Below are positions 57,320 through 64,000 of a DNA stretch of 64,000 bases, piece after piece. Location: assembly GCA_030753015.1 (NCBI GenBank), contig JASMDC010000009.1, positions 37,758 to 101,757 of the forward strand, in the 5' to 3' direction. The notes beneath the pieces were generated by a model that saw only the letters and a program-made list of their open reading frames with translations, was not told where the DNA came from and ran no database searches. Source of the stretch: Candidatus Undinarchaeales archaeon. Lineage in GTDB: Archaea > SpSt-1190 > JASMDC01. Position 1 is the first letter of the stretch. Each line of letters starts with the position of its first letter. Both the position numbers and the translations under genes were made by a program.

Positions 57320-58507
57320 ATGGCACGTGTCCAGCTGCACGAGTGGCATGCAAAGCGGGCAAAGATGGGACCGTTCTGCGGGTACGAGATGCCCCTGTGG
57401 TACGGTGGTGCCCTTAAAGAGCACATGACGGTGCGCGAGGCGGCCGGTGTGTTCGACATATCCCATATGGGGGAGCTGGTGCTTACCGGCCCCCAGGCCC
57501 TGCCCTTCATGAACATGCTTGTCACAAGCGATCTCGCCCGGATGCCCGTGGACCGCGCCAAGTACACCTGCATGTGTAACGAGCGCGGTGGGCTCAAGGA
57601 CGACATAGTCGTGTACCGCACCGGCGAGGAGGACGTGCTGCTCCTGGTCAACGCTGTGAACAAGGACAAGATCGACGCGTGGATCCGGGCGCTGCTTACC
57701 ACCGCCGAGTCGATGGGTGCCGACGTACCGGGATACTGCGACGCCACGGCCGAGCATGCGCTGTTCGCCGTCCAGGGCCCGCGCGCGCTGGACATCGCCG
57801 ACGACCTGGGGCTCACCGTCCCGGAGAAGATGTTCGCTATCACCCGCGGCGAGGTCAACGGTGTCGAGCTCATCGTCAGCCACACCGGGTACACCGGCGA
57901 GGACGGGTACGAGCTCATCATACCCTCCACAACACCCTACCACCCGGACCCCGAGATGCGGGGCACAGGTGCTGAGGCCATGGCCGTGTGGGACGGTGTG
58001 TGGGCCTCCGGGGAGCCTGTGGGTATGGCACCCATCGGGCTGTTCGCCCGGGACACCCTGCGTCTGGAGGCCGGATTCATCCTCTACGGTAACGAGGCGT
58101 GGGAGAAGCAGGTGCCGTTAGCGACGGTGGACGACATCACTCCCCTGGAGTGCGGGCTCGGCTTCCTGGTGTCACCCAAGAAGGAGCTGTACATCGGCCG
58201 GGACGCGCTGCACGAGCGGGCCCGGAACATGGAGCGCACCCTGGTCAATCTCCGGCTCACCGACCGCGGCATCCCCCGTCCCCACTGCCGTGTGTTCGCC
58301 GGGGACACGGACGTGGGCGAGGTCACCAGCGGCACCATGTCGCCGCTCATCAAGCAGGGGATCGCCCTGGCCCTGGTCCACCCGGACCACGCTGAAGAGG
58401 GCGGCCGGCTCGAGGTGGAGGTGCGCGGCAAACGACTGGCCGCCGAGGTCGTGCCCAAGCCGTTCTACGATCCGTCCCGATACGGGCGCACGAGGGAACG
58501 AACGTGA
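57320..58507 (+). CDS. gcvT: Glycine cleavage system T protein (aminomethyltransferase)
   Basis: GYEMPLWY, GVFDISHMGE, AVQGP, HTGYTGEDGYE, ARDTLRLEAG, GEVTSGTMSP. Confidence 0.96.
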   Translation: MARVQLHEWHAKRAKMGPFCGYEMPLWYGGALKEHMTVREAAGVFDISHMGELVLTGPQALPFMNMLVTSDLARMPVDRAKYTCMCNERGGLKDDIVVYRTGEEDVLLLVNAVNKDKIDAWIRALLTTAESMGADVPGYCDATAEHALFAVQGPRALDIADDLGLTVPEKMFAITRGEVNGVELIVSHTGYTGEDGYELIIPSTTPYHPDPEMRGTGAEAMAVWDGVWASGEPVGMAPIGLFARDTLRLEAGFILYGNEAWEKQVPLATVDDITPLECGLGFLVSPKKELYIGRDALHERARNMERTLVNLRLTDRGIPRPHCRVFAGDTDVGEVTSGTMSPLIKQGIALALVHPDHAEEGGRLEVEVRGKRLAAEVVPKPFYDPSRYGRTRERT

Positions 58508-59241
58508 GCCGCGAGGCCGAGCTGCACGTGCGGCTGCTAAGGAACACGCCCGAGCCCGAGCGCGCTGTGGCCACCGCCGCCCGGCTGTGCTACTCACCGG
58601 CAGGTGTAGAGGAGATCGACCAGCGTATGGACGACGCTCAGGTCGAGAAGCTCGTCGGCAAGCTGGTGGACCTCGGGCACGAGTCGCCCTTCGAGCACGC
58701 CAGCTTCACCTTCGGTGTGGAGGGCGTTTCGCGTGCGCTCACCCACCAGCTGGTGCGCCACCGCATCGCTTCCTACTCCCAGCAGTCCCAGCGGTACGTG
58801 GACGCGTCTGGCGACAACGGATTCCGGTATATCGTGCCCCCGTCCGTCCGGGATGACGCCCAGGCGTACAAGCGGTTCACATGGGTGATGGAGCGGCTCG
58901 CCGACACCTACGGCCGGCTGGGCGCCGACGTGCCGCGTGAGGACGCACGCTACGTCCTGCCCAACGCCGCCGAGACCAAAATAGTCATCACCATGAACGC
59001 CCGTGAGCTGTGGCACTTCCTCCAGGTGCGGTGCTGCGAGCGCGCCCAGTGGGAGATCCGGGCCATGGCCACCGAGATGCTGCGCATCCTCATGGGACGG
59101 TTCCCGCTGCTGTTCGCGCATGCGGGGCCCGGGTGCGTGCGCGGGCCATGCACTGAGGGGACTATGACCTGCGGGAAGGCGAAAGAGGTCAAGGAGCGGT
59201 TCGCACGGATGTGCGAGGACGCAGCGCCCGGTGACGAATAG
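58504..59241 (+). CDS. thyX: Flavin-dependent thymidylate synthase
   Basis: GHESPFEH, HQLVRHRIASYSQQSQRYV, EDARYVLPNA, AQWEIR. Confidence 0.97.
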   Translation: MSREAELHVRLLRNTPEPERAVATAARLCYSPAGVEEIDQRMDDAQVEKLVGKLVDLGHESPFEHASFTFGVEGVSRALTHQLVRHRIASYSQQSQRYVDASGDNGFRYIVPPSVRDDAQAYKRFTWVMERLADTYGRLGADVPREDARYVLPNAAETKIVITMNARELWHFLQVRCCERAQWEIRAMATEMLRILMGRFPLLFAHAGPGCVRGPCTEGTMTCGKAKEVKERFARMCEDAAPGDE

Positions 59242-59455
59242 GGGCGGCCTTCAGGAGATCTGAACGGTCCTTCAAGGTCTTATCAACAGAAACGGGTGCC
59301 CCTCAGCCCTCAGAAAAGTCTAATCTACACTTTCCTGTTCGCTATTTCCGACAATGTTCCGTTCTCCTGACGTCCCCCTGCCATCCCCTCCCACGGCCCT
59401 GCCCAAACCCCTTTAAAGCTAGCTTCACTGTCCCCGGCCACAAGGTGCGACGACC

Positions 59456-60712
59456 ATGACGCTCACGTACATACCCCAGGTTGATCCCGAGGCCGCGAAC
59501 ATCCTCGCCGATGAGGCTGCACGCCAGCGCTCGGTTATCAACCTCATCGCCAGCGAGAACTACGCCTCCGTGGCCGTGAACGAGGCCCAGGGCTCGATCA
59601 TGACCAACAAGTACGCTGAGGGCTACCCCGGGCGACGGTACTACGGCGGGTGCCAGCACTATGACGAGATGGAGCAGCTGGCCATCGACCGGGCCAAGGC
59701 GCTGTTCGGTGCCGAGCACGCCAACGTCCAGCCCCACTGCGGCTCCGCTGCCAACATGGGCGTGTACTTCGCCGTGCTCCAGCCCGGCGACACGATCATG
59801 AGCATGGAGCTCTCCCACGGCGGCCACCTCTCCCACGGCTCGCCGGTGAGCTTCTCGGGCAAGCTGTACAACATCGTCCCCTACCGTGTCAATGACAAGA
59901 CCCACATGCTCGAGCACGACGACCTGATGGCCGTCGCCAAGAAGAACAAGCCCAAGCTCATCATGTGCGGCGCCAGCGCCTACCCACGGACCATCGACTT
60001 CAAGATGTTCCGCGAGGTCGCTGACGCCGTGGGCGCCTACCTGGTCGCGGACATCGCCCACATCGCGGGCCTTGTGGCCAGCCGGGCCCATCCAAATCCC
60101 GTGCCCCACTGCCACTTCGTCACCACCACGACCCACAAGACCCTTCGCGGCCCCCGGGGCGGGCTCATCCTGTGCACCGAGGAGCTGGCCAAGCCGCTGG
60201 ACCGGGCCGTGTTCCCCGGGATGCAGGGCGGGCCGCTGATGCACGCCATCGCCGCCAAGGCCGTCTGCTTCCACCTGTGCCTGCAGCAGGAGTTCAAGGA
60301 CTACAACCGCCAGATCGTGGCCAACGCCAAGCGCCTGGCCCAAGTGCTCATGGAGCACGGGTTCACGCTCATCACCGGCGGCACCGACAACCACCTCATG
60401 CTGGTTGACCTCAACGCTCAGGACATCACCGGCAAGGACTGCGAGAAGCTGCTCCAGGACGGGAACATAATCCTCAACCGCAGCACCATCCCCAACGAGA
60501 CCCGCAGCCCCATCGTCACCAGCGGTGTGCGCATCGGTACGCCCCCGGTCACCACCCGCGGCATGAAGGAGCCGGAGATGGCCCTGATCGCCGACCTCAT
60601 CGCCGATGTTATCATCGGGAAAAAGCCCATCGACGACGTGAAGAAGAAGGTCGTCGACCTGTGCCAGAGGTTCCCGGTGTTCGCCGGCGACGTGGGTGGC
60701 GAGCAGTTCTGA
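59456..60712 (+). CDS. glyA: Serine hydroxymethyltransferase
   Basis: [57 protein letters not shown]. Confidence 0.97.
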   Translation: MTLTYIPQVDPEAANILADEAARQRSVINLIASENYASVAVNEAQGSIMTNKYAEGYPGRRYYGGCQHYDEMEQLAIDRAKALFGAEHANVQPHCGSAANMGVYFAVLQPGDTIMSMELSHGGHLSHGSPVSFSGKLYNIVPYRVNDKTHMLEHDDLMAVAKKNKPKLIMCGASAYPRTIDFKMFREVADAVGAYLVADIAHIAGLVASRAHPNPVPHCHFVTTTTHKTLRGPRGGLILCTEELAKPLDRAVFPGMQGGPLMHAIAAKAVCFHLCLQQEFKDYNRQIVANAKRLAQVLMEHGFTLITGGTDNHLMLVDLNAQDITGKDCEKLLQDGNIILNRSTIPNETRSPIVTSGVRIGTPPVTTRGMKEPEMALIADLIADVIIGKKPIDDVKKKVVDLCQRFPVFAGDVGGEQF

Positions 60713-60774
60713 GAGAACCGTGCGTCCGGTGAGGAAATCCATAAATAATCCGTAGCATCAGGACTCGACCGGGC

Positions 60775-61620
60775 ATGTCCGACGACACCGACCACTCAAA
60801 GCAGGTGAAGCTCACCGAGGCCTTCGAGGCGGCGACCCCCCGACCTACGGGGCACATGGAACTGTTCGGCATCCACACGCGACTCATCGTCCCCGGCGAC
60901 GACCTGCCCCGTCTCCTGGTGGCCGCGCTCAAGGACGCGCGGATCCGGCCCCGGGATGGCGATGTGCTGGTGGTGGCCGAATCTGCCGTCGCCACTGCCG
61001 AGCGGCGTATCTTCGAGCTAGCTGCAGTGGAGCCATCGGACGAGGCCCGAAAGATGTCCGCTGAGTGGGGACTGCCCGTAGAGCAGGCGCATCTCGTGCT
61101 CCAGGAGGCCGACCAGGTGCTCGGCGCCTGCGACGGTGTGGTGCTCGCCCTTAAGGACGGGGTGCTGCTGGCCAACGCCGGCCTGGACATCTCCAACGCA
61201 CCACCGGGGTACGCTGTCGGCCTCCCCAAGAACCCCAACTCCTCGGCAGGCGCCATTCGCATGGCGCTGCTCACAGCCTTCGCCGCCAACGTGGGCGTGG
61301 TCATCGCCGACTCGCGGGTGCTCCCCCTGCGTCTGGGCTGCGTGGGCGTGGCCCTGGGCACCAGCGGATTCGAGGCCGTGGAGGACGACCGCGGCAAGAC
61401 CGACCTTTTCGGCCGTGCGCTGAGCATGACCCGCGTGGCACTGGCCGACAACATCGCCTCGGCGGCCGAGCTGCTCATGGGAGAGACCGACCGGCAGGTG
61501 CCGACGGTGCTGGTGCGCGGCGCCCCGATCTCACTGTCCGAGCGCGAGGGGGTGCCCCTGGTGCGTGAGGACCAGTGCGTGTACATGGGCGTGCTGAGGC
61601 GTGGCGACCGGTCCCGATGA
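60775..61620 (+). CDS. cofE: CofE-family gamma-glutamyl ligase (F420-0:glutamate ligase-like)
   Basis: PGDDL, DGDVLVVAE, ANAGLDISN, VVIADS, D.RGKTDLFGRAL, ADNIASAAELLMGE. Confidence 0.85.
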   Translation: MSDDTDHSKQVKLTEAFEAATPRPTGHMELFGIHTRLIVPGDDLPRLLVAALKDARIRPRDGDVLVVAESAVATAERRIFELAAVEPSDEARKMSAEWGLPVEQAHLVLQEADQVLGACDGVVLALKDGVLLANAGLDISNAPPGYAVGLPKNPNSSAGAIRMALLTAFAANVGVVIADSRVLPLRLGCVGVALGTSGFEAVEDDRGKTDLFGRALSMTRVALADNIASAAELLMGETDRQVPTVLVRGAPISLSEREGVPLVREDQCVYMGVLRRGDRSR

Positions 61621-61669
61621 TGACGACGAAAGGTTGATAAGCAGGGAGGCCCCACTGGGTCAGCACGTA

Positions 61670-61812
61670 GTGCCGGTCATCGGGACGCGTCCGGGAGGGC
61701 GCATCCCTACCACCAGAATCCATTCATCATCCCCGGGGGGCCATGCGATAAGTATGGTCCCCGGGGGTGAAATGCTTTCGTGACGACCGGGAGGAGTAGA
61801 ACACCGGCACAC
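61670..61812 (+). ncRNA. Candidate structured non-coding RNA (unassigned)
   Basis: TATA-like AAAGGTTGATAAG at ~61629-61641, closing helix GTGCCGGT/ACCGGCAC, GNRA-capped hairpin 61682-61707, ~18-bp hairpin 61728-61769 with plus-strand G-U wobbles. Confidence 0.45.
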
Positions 61813-61868
61813 CCCCGCCCACATCCTTATAATCCTGACCGACCTACTATCTACACGGGGGAACGACC

Positions 61869-63281
61869 ATGACCACCATCACCTTCCTGGGAGGCGTCGA
61901 CGAGATCGGCGGCAACAAGGTGCTCGTCCGCGACGGCGACCACGCTATCCTGCTCGACTTCGGGATGAGCTTCGGCCGTTTCGGCACCTACTACGAGGAG
62001 TTCCTCTCGCCCCGGACCGTAAACGGCATGGGCGACTTCCTGGAGATGGGGCTTCTTCCAGACCTGCCGGGCATCTACCGCGCGGACCTGCTACGCCTGC
62101 TCGGCCGCCAGAGCATGGAGGACCGGGCCGTGGACGCGTGCTTCATAAGCCATGCCCACGCAGACCATCTCAACTACGTCTCATTCCTCCGGCCCGACAT
62201 CGCCGTGCATATGGGCGAGACCGCCAAGCTCCTGGTGGAAGGTATCACCGAGGGCAGGGGCCGTGCCATCGACTTCGAGGTGCTCGATTTCAAGGAGCGG
62301 CCCATCAACCGCAAGGAACCGCCGGTCCCTCGCGACATCCAGACCTTCCGCACCGGTAACACGGTGAAGGTGGGCGATATGGAGATCGTCCCGGTCCATG
62401 TGGACCATTCCGTCCCCGGCGCCTATGGGTTCATCATCCGCACATCCGAGGGGACACTCGTCTACTCGGGCGACGTTCGGCTCCACGGCTCCAATCCCGG
62501 CATGACCGAGGAGTTCGCGGCCAGGGCCGCCGAGGCCGAACCGGACGCGCTCATCACCGAGGGCACGCGTATCGACAGCGACGCCCGGGCGAGCGAGGCA
62601 TCGGTGTCCACCACCTGCAGCGACGAGATGGCGGGGGCTGGCGGGAAGGTCGTGTTCACGGAGTTCAACTTCAAGGACGTTGACCGGCTGCGGACCTTCT
62701 CGGAACTGGCCCTCACCCAGGACAGGAAGCTCGTCATCGGGTACAAGGAGGCGTGCATCCTCAAGCGCTACGCCGCCGATCCCGGGCTCGAGAATGTGCC
62801 ATCGCTCGATGACGACCACATAGCTCTCTTCCAGCCACGGAAGAAGTCGGGGACCTACGACGAGAAGGACTATGGTGTGTCAGAAAGGCCGTTCTACCAG
62901 CGCGACAACGTGCTCACCGCCGACCAGATCCACGACCGGCAGCAGGAGCTCATCGTGTTCGTGAACATGTGGAACTTCGGTAACCTCATCGACATGCGAC
63001 CGAACAAGGGTAGCCTCTACGTCCACTCGCTCTCCGAGCCGTTCAACGACGAGATGCGCATCTCCAACGAACGCAAGGACGCATGGCTCGACCACTTCGG
63101 GCTGAAGCGCGTAAACGCCCACTGCTCGGGCCACGCATCGGGACCGGAACTGCGCGAGCTGATCAACAGGATAGCGCCAAATCGTTTGTTCCCGATCCAC
63201 ACCGAGCACCCGGAGCTGTTCACGGGACTGGAGACGAACGACGTGGTCCGGGTGAAAGTGGCTAAAGAATACACGCTCTGA
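61869..63281 (+). CDS. Beta-CASP / RNase J-like metallo-beta-lactamase-fold hydrolase
   Basis: GGVDEIGGN, LDFG, SHAHADH, VDHS.PGA, YSGD.RLHG, HCSGHAS, PIHTE. Confidence 0.9.
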   Translation: MTTITFLGGVDEIGGNKVLVRDGDHAILLDFGMSFGRFGTYYEEFLSPRTVNGMGDFLEMGLLPDLPGIYRADLLRLLGRQSMEDRAVDACFISHAHADHLNYVSFLRPDIAVHMGETAKLLVEGITEGRGRAIDFEVLDFKERPINRKEPPVPRDIQTFRTGNTVKVGDMEIVPVHVDHSVPGAYGFIIRTSEGTLVYSGDVRLHGSNPGMTEEFAARAAEAEPDALITEGTRIDSDARASEASVSTTCSDEMAGAGGKVVFTEFNFKDVDRLRTFSELALTQDRKLVIGYKEACILKRYAADPGLENVPSLDDDHIALFQPRKKSGTYDEKDYGVSERPFYQRDNVLTADQIHDRQQELIVFVNMWNFGNLIDMRPNKGSLYVHSLSEPFNDEMRISNERKDAWLDHFGLKRVNAHCSGHASGPELRELINRIAPNRLFPIHTEHPELFTGLETNDVVRVKVAKEYTL

Positions 63282-63893
63282 TCATTTGGGGGCTGACAGC
63301 TCCCAGAACAGCGCCTCCACCATCGCCTCGAACAGCCAGAATGCCCTGCTATCCTCCAAGCCAGCCGCCCGGAACGCGGCCACCAGTTCCCGGTAGTACC
63401 AGGCGACCTCGTCACGCGGTGCGTTGAACCGGTCCCAGAAGCGCGGATCGTTCCCCGTGGCGGACCTGTCGATGTGCATGTCGCGGGCGTTGGCCAGCTT
63501 GTCGGCGAGCAGCACCATCAGCAGGTCCCTGTCGGACGTGCGTCGGATGAGGTCGACGGTGTGTCGCTTGCGCTCCTGCCAGGTCTCTCGCTGCCGCTCC
63601 CGGCCAGCGTCAGGCGTGTTCTGCGGCTCGGTCGCAGCCTCCACCAGCGCGCATACACGGGATCCGAAGTCGCGCTCGAGCTCCTCGCGCGTGTACGACG
63701 TCTCCTCGAGCACGTCGTGGAGGATGCCTGCCACCAGCACGTTCTCGGGCAGATGGCCGTCCGACTCCTTGAGCAGGATGGACAGCACATCCAGGGGATG
63801 GACAGCATAGGGGACGTTGGTGCCCTTACGCGTCTGCCCGCGGTGCAGCTCGAAGGCTGCCTGGAGCGCGAGGGTGATGGTGGCACCGGCCAT
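63282..63893 (-). CDS. HD-domain protein, RelA/SpoT hydrolase (Mesh1/SAH)-like
   Basis: H.GQTRKG..PYAVHP, LHDVLEET, LADKLAN; start MAGAT ~25 bp after the TTAAAT box. Confidence 0.85.
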   Translation of the reverse strand: MAGATITLALQAAFELHRGQTRKGTNVPYAVHPLDVLSILLKESDGHLPENVLVAGILHDVLEETSYTREELERDFGSRVCALVEAATEPQNTPDAGRERQRETWQERKRHTVDLIRRTSDRDLLMVLLADKLANARDMHIDRSATGNDPRFWDRFNAPRDEVAWYYRELVAAFRAAGLEDSRAFWLFEAMVEALFWELSAPK

Positions 63894-64000
63894 GGGATAA
63901 GTGAAGAGGGCGGGATTTAACTCTTTTTTGTTTCGACGGGAAGTCCCCTTACGAGAGGGAGGGGATGGAGTCGAAAGGGAAATCTGCATGGTTGTATATA

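Noticed and set aside
61670-61812. Hammerhead ribozyme, tRNA, or FMN/c-di-AMP riboswitch identity for the structured element
   Set aside because: CUGAUGA/GAAA/UH core, T-loop and riboswitch consensus blocks are not present in the required order on either strand
63931-63976. Hairpin TTTCGAC...GTCGAAA with internal GAA, SECIS-like
   Set aside because: Internal loop does not fit the archaeal GAA/A geometry, it is not in a 3' UTR, and no in-frame UGA selenoprotein is visible

Overview
High-GC archaeal chromosomal segment. Evidence for archaea: TATA/BRE promoters about 25-33 bp upstream of often leaderless starts, an archaeal MinD, a pcm plus Zn-ribbon gene pair, split gcvPA/PB, an S-layer domain and a CofE-family gene. 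Several features resemble DPANN-type surface genes, but the lineage is an inference. Main contents: (i) a partial >1300-aa secreted Cys-rich/FG-GAP protein missed by the ORF track; (ii) a complete single-ORF IS66-family element with TIRs and an 8-bp TSD splitting an EamA transporter gene; (iii) an acidic orphan cluster with two ParB/Srx-domain paralogues and two promoters sharing a GTTAC-N12-GTAAC palindrome; (iv) a creatininase(ArfB-like)-amidohydrolase fusion; (v) a 15-kb minus-strand surface locus with two class III signal-peptide (pilin-like) genes, a 2823-aa Cys-rich repeat protein with a C-terminal sorting-like anchor and a ~1020-aa FN3 protein with nested domain insertions; (vi) housekeeping genes (serS, minD, pcm); (vii) a glycine/one-carbon cluster (gcvPB-PA-H, sarcosine/proline dehydrogenase-like pair, gcvT, thyX, glyA, cofE-like) interrupted by ~8.7 kb of orphans, zincins and tandem paralogues; (viii) a candidate structured ncRNA at ~61670-61812. 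No rRNA, tRNA or CRISPR array was recognised. All family calls come from motif recognition by eye, not database searches.
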